The position numbers and the translations under genes were made by a program. From Eledone cirrhosa (taxonomy: Eukaryota), in assembly GCA_964016885.1 (NCBI GenBank), contig OZ024748.1, positions 7,936,001 to 8,000,000 on the forward strand: a DNA stretch of 64,000 nucleotides, read 5' to 3'. Numbering within the stretch: the first letter of the stretch is position 1; the number at the start of each line of letters is the position of its first letter. Below, piece by piece: positions 1-14,407 of the stretch. The notes beneath the pieces are model-generated. The model was given only the letters and a program-made list of their open reading frames with translations. It was not told where the DNA came from and ran no database searches.

Positions 1-510
1 GCTTTATTGTATGAATTTTCAATGTTTCCTCGCGTCTTTTATCAATTCATAATAACAGCAAAGTTTCCCATAGACTTCCCACCTTCCACAATAAGCTAAC
101 ATAATGCAATACTGTCTTTTTAATATTTATTCAGCAATAGAACAAATATAAACACACATCTCAAAAGTCGTCGTTGTTTCTTAGGTTATTTTGACAAGAC
201 TAATTATCATGAACGTACATGTGTTATATATATATATATATATATATATAAATATATTAGTTTTGCGAGGTTTTTTATATGAAATCGTGTGTCGAAACAA
301 ATATTGTTATACTTGGGGAGGGTCATATTTGTGTAATATTGCCAGAATTAATAACAGAACACACTCACTGTTTGGTTGGTTTTCGCTTCTCGCTTCTGTG
401 TCTTTTATATCGGTAATCTAACTTACTCGGTCCTCAATGTTGCCATTGACTGACCGACGGTCAAAAATAATACAGCTACAATATAGACACAAGCACATAT
501 ATATAGTTTA

Positions 511-550
511 TCATAAATCTTTCGTTGCACATCTGCAACATCGTCAGTGG
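511..550 (-). ncRNA. Minimal type I hammerhead ribozyme motif in the Penelope 3' region
   Basis: CCA-CTGACGA-T-GTTGCA-GATG-TGCAAC-GAAA-GATT-TA-TGA; perfect 6-bp stem II, weak stem I. Confidence 0.65.
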
Positions 551-796
551 TGTTATCGTTTCCTCCTGTTGTATTATATGTCTACGCCATTTTTATTCAG
601 TCTGTCTATATATTTATTTATTTATTTGCTTGTTTGTTTATTTTATTTTGTCTTCTTTGCGCATGCGTTTGCGTGTGTGTAGTGTTTTGTTTGCTGTGTG
701 ATGGGTGACTAGTGTATGTTTATGTGCTTGTTGTTATTGTGTTTGTGTATGTATGTATTTATTTATTTATTTATTTATTTTATTTTATTTACTTAT

Positions 797-2086
797 TTAT
801 ACTTCTCTTAGGTCAGTGTTGTTTGTTTGGGTGTTGTTGTTATTCCATTCATTCTTTCTGTTTAGTCTTGGCCTTCTAATTTCTATTTCACTGGCCTCTC
901 TGATTTGCCTATCTGCTGGGTCATTTCTATGTTTAGATATTATTCTAATTTCTGTGTTGTCTATGTTACCGTCGTGTTGTTGTCTAGCATGTTCGTATAG
1001 TACTGACCCGTTTTTTCGTCCTTTTAGTTCCCCCCAGTGTTGGTCTATCTTTTCACCTATGCTACGAGCTGTCTCACCTATGTATGTTGTTGTCATGTTT
1101 CTGCAAGTACCCTCTGTACATCTTATGCTATAGACTACGTTTCTAGTTTTACAGTTTATCCGGGGGTTTACCTTACATATGATACACTTCCTATTGGTAC
1201 AGTGGGTTTTCTTAAAAGGGTAGGTTTTGCTGATCAGGGATTTTATGGTGGTTCCTGGCTTTTCTACCACCTTAATTTTTAAGTGGGTCTTTCTCAGGGC
1301 CTTTCTACACTGGTTAGCTAATTTCCCTCCGGGGGTGGCGTCCACAAACATGACACTCTGGTATCTCTGGTTGTCGTACCATGAGGTGGCTTTCCCTATC
1401 TTATGTCTAGCCCTATCTAAGCTATTCCATGATTTGCTCCTGTATAATGGGCAAATTCCTTTCATGTCCAGTTCTATGAGGGTATTATACTTCTCCATGG
1501 CTCCTTCGTATACTCTAACTCTGTCTCTTTGGTTGTAGCCAGAGAACTGCATGCGGTTGATGAAGTGTTGGATGTGTCTTTCCATTTCTGTTGGGTCGCA
1601 CATGCTGGACACATTCTTCATCACTCGTACCAAATCTGCGATCAGAATATTAAACTTAGCACTACTGGACATTGCTGAGTTTTTGAGTATCAGGTATTTG
1701 GAGGCCATGGGTTTAGCATAGTGTGAGTGGAGAATTTGGGCTCTCTCGTCTATAGTGTTAATCCAGAGTTCTGTGTCTAATACAGGTAGTCTATTGTTAG
1801 GGTGTTTGGAAGGGAAGTCGATAGTTACAGTAATACTCTGGTGTATGGAATTAGCTATCTGCTGGATGCTTTCCATCGTGCTACGTTCTAAATCAAACTT
1901 GTTGGTGCTTTCTAGTGGGGATGTTCTTATAACTATATTGATATCGTCTACATAACGAGAGTACATGATGAGGTCTATGGAGCTCTCATTAAGGAGATCT
2001 TTAAGTCTCCTTTCCCACCATACCATGAAAAGGTTGGCAACATCACCAGCTATGCTGACGTCAATGGCTGCTCCCTCATTTTGGCG
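797..2086 (-). pseudogene. Penelope-like RT/GIY-YIG endonuclease ORF fragment
   Basis: The frame is open from RQNEGAAIDVSIAGDVANLFM through YVDD, LPVLD, HYAKP, CxxxxCxxC linker and NVVY...YIGET. The N-terminal RT half is missing, and the conserved GIY-YIG Arg appears replaced (GEKIDQH). Confidence 0.88.
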
Positions 2087-2133
2087 TCAGCATAGCTGGT
2101 GATGTCTATAAACATCAAATATTTATATATATT

Positions 2134-2172
<39 letters not shown>

Positions 2173-2293
2173 TTTCAAATATTTATCAAACATGTTTTAA
2201 TACCAAAATCGGAGCTGTGTGAAATTTATACATAAAGTTGCCAATATCTCAGTTCTTTATATCTAAACTATAAAATATTGACACAACTGTGTT

Positions 2294-2331
<38 letters not shown>

Positions 2332-2397
2332 ATATATATATGTATATATTTATATATATATATATCTATAGATATATATATATATATATATACATGC

Positions 2398-3167
<770 letters not shown>

Positions 3168-3364
3168 CTGTGTTTTGATCTTTCATATTTAAGATAAAAA
3201 TTGAACGACATAAATACTGTCGTTCGCTCTACCGAGTCTACCTCTTTCCTGTCTCTATATATGTCAGGTTTCTATTTGTGTTGTTGTGTCAATCAGAAGA
3301 TAATTTTATGATCGATGTTCATGGAATATGGTTGCTTAGGGATGAAAGTGTAGAGTAAAAGATG

Positions 3365-4447
3365 AAAGAAGGGAGGATGATATCATGATAGAATAGTGTA
3401 TGTTAGAAATATTATCGTTAAGTTTATTAAGAAGGGGGGATGATATCATGATAGAATAGCATATGTTAGAAATGTTATCGCTCAGTTTATTTAGAAGGGG
3501 GGATGATATCATGATAAAATAGCATATGTTAGAAATATTATCGTTCAGTTTATTAAGAAGGGGGGATGATATCATGATAGAATAGCATATGTTAGAAATG
3601 TTATTGCTCAGTTTATTTAGAAGGGGGGATGATATCATGATAAAATAGCATATGTTAGAAATATTATCGTTCAGTTTATTAAGAAGGGGGGATGATATCA
3701 TGATAGAATAGCATATGTTAGAAATATTATCGTTCAGTTTATTTAGAAGGGGGGATGATATCATGATAGAATAGCATATGTTAGAAATATTATCGTTCAG
3801 TTTATTTAGAAGGGGGGATGATATCATGATAGAATAGCATATGTTAGAAATATTATCGTTCAGTTTATTTAGAAGGGGGGATGATATCATGATAGAATAG
3901 CATATGTTAGAAATATTATCGTTCAGTTTATTTAGAAGGGGGGATGATATCATGATAGAATAGCATATGTTAGAAATATTATCGTTCAGTTTATTTAGAA
4001 GGGGGGATGATATCATGATAGAATAGCATATGTTAGAAATATTATCGTTCAGTTTATTAAGAAGGGGGGATGATATCATGATAGAATAGCATATGTTAGA
4101 AATATTATCGTTCAGTTTATTTAGAAGGGGGGATGATATCATGATAGAATAGCATATGTTAGAAATGTTATCGCTCAGTTTATTAAGAAGGGGGGGGGGG
4201 GGTGATATCATGATAGAATAGCATATGTTAGAAATGTTATCGCTCAGTTTATTAAGAAGGGGGGATGATATCATGATAGAATAGCATATGTTAGAAATAT
4301 TATCGTTCAGTTTATTAAGAAGGGAGGATGATATCATGATAAAATAGCATATGGTAAAAATATTATCGTTAAGTTTATTAAGAGGGGGGGGGGGTGATAT
4401 TATGATAGAAGAGTGTAAGTTAGAAATATTATCGTTCAGTTTATTAA
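3365..4447. repeat. 63-bp minisatellite, ~17 copies
   Basis: Unit GATATCATGATAGAATAGCATATGTTAGAAATATTATCGTTCAGTTTATT... Confidence 0.95.
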
Positions 4448-4835
4448 TTTAGAGATTGAATAGTATTGGTACAGCAATCGATGTTTGGAGTTGACTGCAA
4501 TTGAACAATCTGACAGCAGAACTGTCAACTCTCCCCATCGGATGGGGAGATCTCCCATCCACTTTGGCATGGGTGAGAGATGTCTTCTCTTGTGAAATGT
4601 CATGTGACATTTTCTGCAATTTTTGCCCCCCAAAACACGCAAGTAAATATGAGAATTAGTTGAGAGCTGGTTTGGTAGATTATCTACTAATAAAATCATG
4701 TTGAAAGGAAGAAAATATTAATTAGTTTGAGAAAGAAAAACAACAGAAAACAGGAGAAGGTCTCATAAACTCTCGTGGGATATACACAAATATAAATTAA
4801 GTCTAGAAAAATTATTGGTTTAAACAATGTCATTA

Positions 4836-5024
4836 ATTGTTTCTACTTTTGGCACAAGGCCAGCAATTATCTCAGTGTATTACTGGTACTTTATTTTATC
4901 GACCCCGTAAGGATGAAAGGCAAAGTTAACCTCGGCGGGATTTGAACTCAGAATGGCAAGGGCCGTAACTCTTTGCTGAAAAGCATGGCGTCCGACCCTC
5001 TATCGTTACTGCCAATCCACCGCT
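4836..5024 (-). mobile_element. tRNA-derived SINE (abundant family)
   Basis: A/B-box-like head (TGGCAGT..; GAGTTCAAATCC) and GCCTTTCATCCTTACGGGGTCGATAAA core; >15 copies in window. Confidence 0.85.
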
Positions 5025-5555
5025 GTTATATATAATATAATATATATATATACCTACAAACACAGCTATGCACATAGATTATACATAGAAAAGACATCTT
5101 GAAGCTGATCCTTAAAAAACTAGCAAGATTAGAGCTACCATAGATTGCCAAAGATCTATCAACTATAAACAAGATCAGAATATGGAGGCTACGAAATAAA
5201 CAGAAACCTTTAACCACCTCACGACTTCCCTTGTTTTCCATTTTTCCCTTTTTATGCATTTTTTTGCCATCCGTTGGCCGTTATTTGTTTCTATTTCTTT
5301 GTCTACGTTATTTTTGTTTCTTAACTGTAGATACCCCCCCACCCAGTCAGTCATCGCTTACTAGCTCTATACGGACGTTTAAATTGATTAAATAACTATA
5401 GACATGTAAATATGTAAAATGTATGTATTTCCCTGTAAATAAAAAACGTTAAATATTTTGATTGACACTGTACCCAACTTTACACAAAATTACCGATTAC
5501 TTCGGTTGATTAACGCACAAATTATATATATATATATATGTTTGTGTGCATATGT

Positions 5556-5647
<92 letters not shown>

Positions 5648-5660
5648 CCGACGGAAATAC

Positions 5661-5747
<87 letters not shown>

Positions 5748-5820
5748 GCTTCCAACAGAAATGGTCGCATTCTTTAAGGGTATGTCAATATTTATTTATA
5801 AAACTGCTCTATATTATATT

Positions 5821-5874
5821 TTATCTGATGAAAGCACACCATAATTTAACTTGGTGTCCCTGAAATATGTATAA
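5821..5874 (+). ncRNA. Hammerhead-like motif in a (TA)n-embedded element
   Basis: TTAT-CTGATGA-[stem II ACACCA...TGGTGT]-GAAA-TATG-TA-TAA; homologous to 61024-61078. Confidence 0.5.
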
Positions 5875-5922
5875 TGAAATAAATATGGTTTTATAAATAT
5901 AGTTTCCATTTGTTAATATATC

Positions 5923-5965
<43 letters not shown>

Positions 5966-5968
<3 letters not shown>

Positions 5969-6211
5969 ACCTGTCAATATAAGTTTCCTTTGAATTTGTA
6001 CATTTTTATTTGGATATGTTTAGTGCATTAATTACCAGTTACATTGTATATCTGTATATATTTATATTAATTACCAGTTACATTATATATCTGTATATAT
6101 TTATATATATATATAAATATATACAGATATATAATGTAACTGGTAATTAATGCACTAAACATATCCAAATGAAAATGTACAAATTCAAAGGAAACTTATA
6201 TTGACAGGTCA
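5966..6211. repeat. ~245-bp fold-back palindrome centred on (TA)n
   Basis: TGACCTGTCAATATAAGTTTCCTTTGAA... mirrored by ...TTCAAAGGAAACTTATATTGACAGGTCA. Confidence 0.9.
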
Positions 6212-6394
6212 CCAGTTGTTACATAAAGAGCTTGCATTATTTAGCATGACAATAATGATAATTATCACCTAAGTATCGCCATGGCAACACCAAATGACTA
6301 TATATATATTTTAGCAGAAGCGAGCAAAATATTTCAGTGAGCTGTAGGATTTAAAAAATATGACATTTAAATATATGTATCATCATATTTGGGA

Positions 6395-6645
6395 AGGGGC
6401 GTGATGTAGTGCTTAGAATATTCTGCCGACAATTGTAAGGTCATGCGTTCGATTCCTGGCAGCACGTTGTCACCTTGATTAAGCCTTGTCACATTCAGAG
6501 TCACGCTGAATTGCCGTGACGACTACGTTATAGGTACTCGTGTCTGTGAAATTCTAAAGCACTTTCACGTTAATTTCATGAGCAGGCTGTACCGTTAATC
6601 GAATCAAGTGGAAAACTCGTCGTCGTAACCGACGAAGGGCCCGTA
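6395..6645 (+). mobile_element. Second, older tRNA-derived SINE family
   Basis: B-box GTTCGATTCC head; tail CTCGTCGTCGTAACCGACG recurs near 32880 and (reverse) 50700. Confidence 0.55.
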
Positions 6646-6747
6646 TCCTCCAATCCTTCTTTATAATTGACCCAAGTAGATTTATGCATTCATTTCTGTT
6701 AAGAGACTGATTAAGTATCGATAGAGATAATCTCTTCCAAGAATATA

Positions 6748-6839
6748 TTAATGAAAGGATCGATAAATTTTATTAAGGTATTTCCATACAGCATTTGTGA
6801 ACATTGAAGAAATCAATTTATCTTTTTTTGAAGATGTAG
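6748..6839 (-). CDS. Candidate next exon of the orphan gene: (A)TSSKKDKLISSMFTNAVWKYLNKIYRSFH*
   Basis: 80-nt gtgagt...tttag intron (6840-6919) keeps the frame; no homology support. Confidence 0.25.
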
Positions 6840-6919
6840 CTAAATATTTTTGATGAGAGGAAACGGAAATAGTATTATATGTTACACTTTAATAATGAAT
6901 TAAAATAATATAAACTCAC

Positions 6920-7006
6920 CGGTATTTACTAGTCCAAGTGCAATATTAATATTGGTAAATACAAGAGCAGCTATTAGCAGCATTATTTCTACACCAGCCA
7001 ACAAAC
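6920..7006 (-). CDS. Orphan exon of an unidentified gene: hydrophobic segment (G)LLAGVEIMLLIAALVFTNINIALGLVNT (signal peptide or TM helix)
   Basis: ttttggtttacag acceptor, G|gtgagt donor, 87 nt open in the phase 1-1 frame; no homology recognised. Confidence 0.5.
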
Positions 7007-7059
7007 CTGTAAACCAAAAAAATTTAAAATGATTCCAATTCATTTGTTTTTCTCACAAA

Positions 7060-7395
7060 AGGGCGGTGGGTGTCAAAGCCAAACTCGCTGTCTTCAATTC
7101 AGTATTCGTGCCAACTCTAACCTATGGTCGTGAATCTTGGGTAATAACCGAAAGAATACGATCGTCAATATAAGGGTCTATGGAGTAAGGTTACTCCAAA
7201 GAGTAACTCGGAGATCAGAGAGTCACTCCAGGTAGAGCTGTTAACTTCTCCGAATTGAGAGATCAGAGTTCCGATACTATGGAAATGTGCTCCGAATACC
7301 TCAGGAAAGACACACTGGATAGATTTTACGGGCAAAACCAGCCGGCAGAAGACCCAGGAGTAGATCCCGAGCAAGATGGTTGGATAACATTTTAA
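7060..7395 (+). mobile_element. Degenerate RTE-clade LINE 3' fragment
   Basis: KAKLAVFNSVFVPTLTYGRESW ... GRRPRSRSRARWLDNI, with frameshifts. Confidence 0.7.
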
Positions 7396-7480
7396 GATTA
7401 TAATATATACAAAATAAGTTCCCTTGCAATAGATTGATCATTATTTTCCTTGGCTTTTATCTACGGATATCCTGCACACG

Positions 7481-7561
<81 letters not shown>

Positions 7562-8930
7562 CATCTATTAGTTTCTGTTACGCTATTGTCTTTCCATGAA
7601 GTGTTTATATTTGATCTGGGTTTAACTCTTGGAGTTTCCTTGTTTCTTTTATTAGACTCGAAATATTTGGTGGTTTAATGTGTTAAAAGTTGTGGCTGTG
7701 TAAATGTTTTTCTGTTGTGGGTGATGGTTGGTCTAGGTTTGTGTTAATCGTATACTTGTTGTCCGGTGGGGTTGTGATAGAACTCACTAAACACACAAAT
7801 AATCGTCCGCCTTCATCTTTTCGATGTCGATGTACGACCAACGTATCATAGAACTTATTTAATCGTCTTCTGTACTGTAGTCCCTGGGGGGTAGTAATGT
7901 AATACCCAGAAAATAAAATAATGTCGAGAGTAAACGAGATATTTTCACGCATCGAGAAATATTTAGAGAATTTTCGTTTGGACTGTTTCTTTTAACTACA
8001 CCTGAAGGATAGAATAATAATTGGAAAGTAACGTCGAGTACAGCGTATTAAATCACTTCTACTCAGAGATAAAGGTGAAACAAGCAGGTAATGTCTCGGT
8101 GAATCGAGTGACTTCGTCTTTTCTGGTTTCTCCTCAGCCCGAGCGGATAAATCTTTCGCCTTTTACTTCGCCTCATAATAGTGAACATGAAACCACGATA
8201 TGGTATATGCTTACTTTCTATGACATTCAGTGCCGTAAAGATAACCACTAAGATTAACTCTCTGTTAGTGAAACATCGCACAAAATATTTTTGAGAGGGG
8301 TTACCAGCCCTGTGGATAAATTGATATGTTATACAGTCCGTTGCAATAGGGGAACGTTTATTGAACAGGTTGTTGTGAAAACATTCGACAGCTCAATGAG
8401 GGGCTAAAGCTTCTAAATCAAACTGCGAATAACTTTGTTCTGCTTTAGACAAACATCTGGAGATCTATAAAACAGGCTAACCATATTGTTGAAAACCTGC
8501 ACCAGGTCTAAAATATGAAGTATGTCTAATTAAAGATCAATTGTGATGTAGAGAATAGAGAAATGTTGAAGTATTTGCTGAAATAAGGTTTGGTAGAGTT
8601 GGAAGTAAGATTTTGTGTATAGTTATCCCCATTGTCATAAATAATCTTGAAACTCAGCAAAAGACACATACACACATACATACACGCATACATATATACA
8701 TACATACATACATGCATATATACATACATACATGCATATATACATACATACATTGCATATATACATACATGCATGATGGCTGCAAACTCTGCTAAGAGTA
8801 TTGCAATCGCTTGTCAGATTATAGAGTTTGGTGCACTTTTAGGCTACGGCCAGCCACACGAACCTGTAACATATCCTGAATAAGCAATACATACATACAT
8901 ACATACATACATACATACATACATACATAC

Positions 8931-9330
8931 ATGGTGGCTGCCAACTCGTTTTCGAGTACGGCCACTACTCCATGTAGGAGAACTCCTACCGATGCGCTGA
9001 ACGAGTGTGACTTTAGTCCAGCCAGCGACTTGAAAACTCTGGTACAAACACTACACTTGTGACAATTATTGACACATAGTGCTGGGCCCATGGTACCATG
9101 TGACGACAAGTGCAGAGAGATCTCCAGATATAAAGCAATGCCTGTGCCGTGAAGCTTTTATAGTGGGCAAAGGCACTGCACAAAGCCAGTCCCACTCTCT
9201 TAACCAAGATGATATTTACCAAAAAGAAGAACAAGTCAACATCATTGGATACCATCAGAGTTGCAGGTGTTATATCAGAGTTTTCCTTCTCCTAGAATTC
9301 TGCCTTGACAAAGGCTAAGGGGTCATCTCA
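8931..9330 (-). mobile_element. Degenerate RTE/BovB-like LINE 3' end with (ATGT)n tail
   Basis: C2H2-like CSVCTRVFKSLAGLKSH followed by a short 3'UTR and a tetranucleotide tail. Confidence 0.5.
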
Positions 9331-9981
9331 TACATACATACATACATACATACATACATACATACATACATACATACATACATACATACATACTACATAC
9401 ATACATACATTGCCCCGGGAACCCAACAGCTGTAACAGTACATTTGTGCCCTCAAGTTTTAGGATGGTTAGAATTTTTGAATTTAATAGCTGTATGTATA
9501 ATTTTTTCAATTCCAATAACTTGCGCCAAGCTAACTTTCATATCTAAAATTAGGAGGGTTTGCTGCGTATTTTTTTTTTTTTTTTTTTTGCGTATGAGCA
9601 CCCCCGCAAAAAAGCCCTGACATGCCACGGGCACCCCAAGGTTTAAATCCAGCCCTGGTGTGTGTGTATATATAATGTAACATATACATGATAGCTACAA
9701 GGCAATGGAAATCGTATGACACGTTTCATTTCACACTACATAATTCATACATTATGTAATATATACATAAGCTCTGACATAAATGAAGTTTTAAGTAAGA
9801 TTTTATTTAAACCACAATCTATGTCACCAGCAAATGTCTGTATATTATTGATTGCTCCTCCTTCCTCATGTGACATCTGTTCACACAACACCTTTCCTGT
9901 TGTATATTTATCTATACACACACACATATATATATATATATACACATATATATATGTGAGCATATGTATATGTGTATATAC

Positions 9982-10064
<83 letters not shown>

Positions 10065-11100
10065 TACATATATAACCAGTGTTAAATTGTTTCATATGTA
10101 AATATATATATGTGTGCGCGTGTGTGTATCCCAGGTTTAATCCTAATGATTTCCTTCGAATGAAACAGTTCTAGTCATGTAGAAACTATTTCTATATTAA
10201 ACATTATATATATATTTATTCTAAACGTATTGTTATTACTCTGGGGTACTTTTCCCCAGTACAGCATTAACGAAGCTTTAGTTCGCGGCCAAGCTAACAA
10301 ATGCAAATTCGGTCTGTAGCTTTAGCACTCGAATGGGGAAAAGTACCCTAGAGTAATAACAATATATATATATTAGAGTATGGGGTTAACAGAAAAGAGA
10401 TGTACTGATCACATTATGGTCTGTCGGTTGTGAAGCAGATAAAAAGAAACACCCAACGACCTCCATAAACGGTACAAGTCGGAGCATTATATATTAATAG
10501 AAGATCGTTTAAAAATTTTCAGAGTAGGTTTATAAATACGAATTTTCATAAGACTTTCGTAGTTGTCTCAGTGGCCTAGTGGTAGGTACTAGAGACTGTG
10601 GAGATCCTGGCCTTGGGTTCAATGCTGGTCAAGAGGTACATGTAACCTTTTTTTTTCATTTTTTTTTATTTTACAACCCATAGAAACAAACTGACAAGGT
10701 TAATCAGGAACCCTACTCCTGACCAGGATCGAATTTCAGACCAGCATCACCACCGTCTATGATTCCTCCAACTAGGCCACCTACGAAATTATAAGGAAAT
10801 TAATAATTATAAACCTACTTTCAAAGTTTAAAAGATGTGGTGACGTTCATGGCTTTCCTAGAGCTATTAGTCATATTTAGGGCAGACTTGTCAATCTCCT
10901 GGCTCTTTGGTAACAACCTTATTATTCCTATGTGTGTTTAACTGTTGTTAAATACATATTTTTCCGCAAAAATTTGATTGCACTGTTTTGTTTCCACTTA
11001 TGTAATTTTCGAAAATGTTATTTATTCATTATAAAAATTAAATGATAGCATTCTATATGTAGGTGGGCCACCATCATCCCTTGGCAACCAGTCCGTCACC

Positions 11101-11150
<50 letters not shown>

Positions 11151-11358
11151 GTGTGTGCGTGTGTGTGTATGTATATATATATATGTGTGTGTGTGTGTGT
11201 ATGTGTGTGTGTGTATATATATATATATGTGTGTATATATGTATGTGTGTGTGTGTGTATATATGTATATATATATAGCGGTGGACAGATCAGATGGAAA
11301 TACTCTCTGTATTCGTTTATTTTCCTGTCTTCTCCTATATTTTTTTTTATATTTATTC

Positions 11359-11465
<107 letters not shown>

Positions 11466-12220
11466 ACATACATATGGGTGGATGCTTGTGTAAATCGAAT
11501 GAGTTGAAGCACGTATAATTGGCTGGTTTTATAGCCAGTTTCTTTATATGAGATACATTAAATAATATGAAGCTATACAGGTCAATTTGACATTCACCAT
11601 AAATGTCTGATCCTAACTATAATACAAATATCACATTAAATTTCACCTGTCTACGTTTTCCGAAGTCACAATCCTTACCAAAACTCTTTATGGCAAATTA
11701 GATTTTATAATGGATACAATATCATATTTTTTATTAAGGCTGTCATGTTATGTGACCTTTAGTCGGGTACATTCCTGATTTAACTATATAATATTAAAAC
11801 CATTAGTCTATGATTTTAGAAGTAAACTTTCGAAATCAACTTCTATAGAATTTAAGCATTACTTTGTCATAAACTATATATACTATAGTTATTTAGTTTT
11901 ATGGTGTTAGGGCATGTTTTCATCTGGCCTTAAATTTAGATAAACTCTAAAATAGGCAATTCTTTTGCTATCTAGTTAAGTCTAAACAGTTTTTTCCTTT
12001 TTATTAGTATCAAATTATATACATATTGTATATTCCAACTAATATTAAACGTTGATAGTGTGTTCTTGAGTAAAACACTTCATTTCAGAAAATTTCAAAG
12101 GGGTTGTACACACAGAAACAATAAAATTCCTAACAAGGACGGAACATAATAGAATCAAATTCCCATTGTCACTGTTTCCGTCTTTCCCGCTCTCCCCATC
12201 TCTTATTATTATAAGCAAAA

Positions 12221-12410
12221 GGGCGGTGAATTGGCAGTATCGCTAGAGGGTTGGGCGCCATGCTTTCTAGCATAGTTACGTCCCTTTACGGTCTGAGTTC
12301 AAATCCCGCCAAGGTTAGCTTTGCCTTTCATCCTTACGGGGTCTATAAAATAAAGTACCAGTAATACACTGGGATAATTGCTGGCCTTGTGCCAAAAGTA
12401 GAAGCAATTA
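12221..12410 (+). mobile_element. tRNA-derived SINE, same family
   Basis: Full-length match to 4836-5024. Confidence 0.85.
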
Positions 12411-13544
12411 TTATAAGCAAATGAGAGCCCACGCGCTGGCTGTCCTGCGGCCCCGGGAATCAGTATATACTAAACAAAATATTTCCGAGAGAGAATGAAT
12501 GAAAGTGAGACAGGGAATGGATTGTGTGAAGCTCATGCTTTTACAGTGCTACATTTTAAAATTTATAATCTTCCTATTATAATAATTCCTTAGGCAGAAG
12601 GCCAACAATTTTGTGGGGGAGGGGAATGTCGATTATATTGACCGACCCTAGTACTTTACTGGTACTTTGTTTTACCCCTCCCATGGAAAGATGAATAGCA
12701 AAGTTGATTTCTGCGCAGATTTAATCCTCCTGCTATAATGATTTACAATTTAGGCACAAGGCCAGCAATTTGGGAGAGAGAAAAGTCGATAAAATCGACC
12801 CCAGCGAATTACTGGTAGTTTTATCAACCCCAGAAAACTAAAAAGCAGAGGATTTTAATTCAGGATGTAGAAACGGAAAAATACTGCTATGCATTTATCC
12901 GACACTTTTACCATTTTACCAATCTCTCACCCCTACTCATACTATTAAAATAGAAATGGTTTAGTCTAGACTAAAACCTTGCTGTATTTCGTTATGTCCC
13001 TCAACATTACGAGTTGAAATTCTACCAGTTTTCGTTTCTTCCACCTGAAGGATCAATAATCTATAATATGTTCTAGCCGCGATCCACTACACAGCTTCTC
13101 TCAACACACCAGGCATTGTGTCCAAACTTAACATTAGCCATTTAGAATAGAAAAGGCATGACTAAGTAAGAAATTATTGTAGCGTGAGTTCATCTATTGC
13201 TATTTCCTATTCAGGTTTGGGCAGGATTAAGAAAAGACATAAAGAAGGTTAAACCATTACTCCCTTTCTGTAAGATTTTCATATATTCAGCTCTTCCTCT
13301 CAGTCCGATAAACATAAACTCTTCCAATTTTTTAATCATGTCTTTTCATATTACGTTGGCAATGAATAATATCAATTAAGTAGGCATAAATGTGTGTTTA
13401 AGGAGTTCACTTCGCTACCATTTCACAGTGTGGAGACTTGGGGTATTGTTGCCTCCTACCACAGCTTCAAGAACATTGCTTTGTGAGGGAGTTTTCATAA
13501 TTGTATGGTGCCCGTCCCCTCAATCTATCTTACTTCTCATTCTT

Positions 13545-13580
13545 TCTTCTGATGAAGGAATAGCGTCCGAAACGTTAAGA
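13545..13580 (+). ncRNA. Minimal type I hammerhead ribozyme motif
   Basis: TCTT-CTGATGA-A-GGA-ATAGCG-TCC-GAAACGTT-AAGA; stems I and II pair; palindromic ACGT at stem III. Confidence 0.75.
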
Positions 13581-13695
13581 CCCTCTTCCTGCTATATCAA
13601 GCGTTAACCTAATATTTCCTTTCCATATACTGTACCGATTATGTTGTTATTTCTATTACCTTCTACACACACACACATATATATATATACTTATT

Positions 13696-13814
13696 TTTTC
13701 CGAAGAAGACGGTATGATCGAATCCTTATATTATATCTGATAGTATACAATTTTCTAACTGCTATAGATCAGTCAATATATCGATATGATCAACCCTCCG
13801 AAACGATCGTAAAA
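13696..13814 (+). ncRNA. Degenerate hammerhead-like motif with long stem II insert
   Basis: TTTT-CCGAAGA...GAAA-CGATCG-TA-AAA; palindromic hexaloop; U4->C core change. Confidence 0.3.
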
Positions 13815-13863
13815 CAATGAATGAGATATGTAAAATAACTTGCCTTTGTTATCATTGTTAAAT

Positions 13864-13970
<107 letters not shown>

Positions 13971-14071
13971 TTTATATATACGGGGTCCTAAAAAGTTTAT
14001 ATATACTTTGATTACCTGTACAGGCAATATTTATTAGAATGCCGTTGAAGTGTATATAAATTTTTTAAGGA

Positions 14072-14143
<72 letters not shown>

Positions 14144-14407
14144 ATAGATATATGTGTGTGTGAGAAGTAACTAAGAGGTTAGATATACCCCAATAAATAA
14201 GAGCCAGACATGAGAAAATAGCCAGCACTGGTTTCAATATGATCGATTAAATTTCTTTATGGCAATGCTCCAGTATGAGCGGTGTCTAATGAGTAAAATC
14301 ATGAAGAAAATCTGATAATTGAGGTGAAAACTGTGATGAATTGTTAATGTTCAAACGAACTGGTGAGACATTGTATTTAATGAAAGTTTATACACGAAAT
14401 ATTAAAT

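Larger units (their letters stand above)
250..2105 (-). mobile_element. 5'-truncated Penelope-like retroelement (Neptune/Naiad-type architecture) with 3' non-coding/pLTR region ending at (TA)n
   Basis: RT + Cys-rich linker + GIY-YIG ORF; hammerhead motif downstream on the same strand; fold-back at the 5' truncation. Confidence 0.85.

Noticed and set aside
797-2086. Selenoprotein-type (UGA-recoding) Penelope ORF
   Set aside because: No in-frame UGA within the preserved ORF; the TGA at 2087-2089 is created by the fold-back junction
3336-4337. 333-aa repetitive ORF
   Set aside because: 63-bp minisatellite translation
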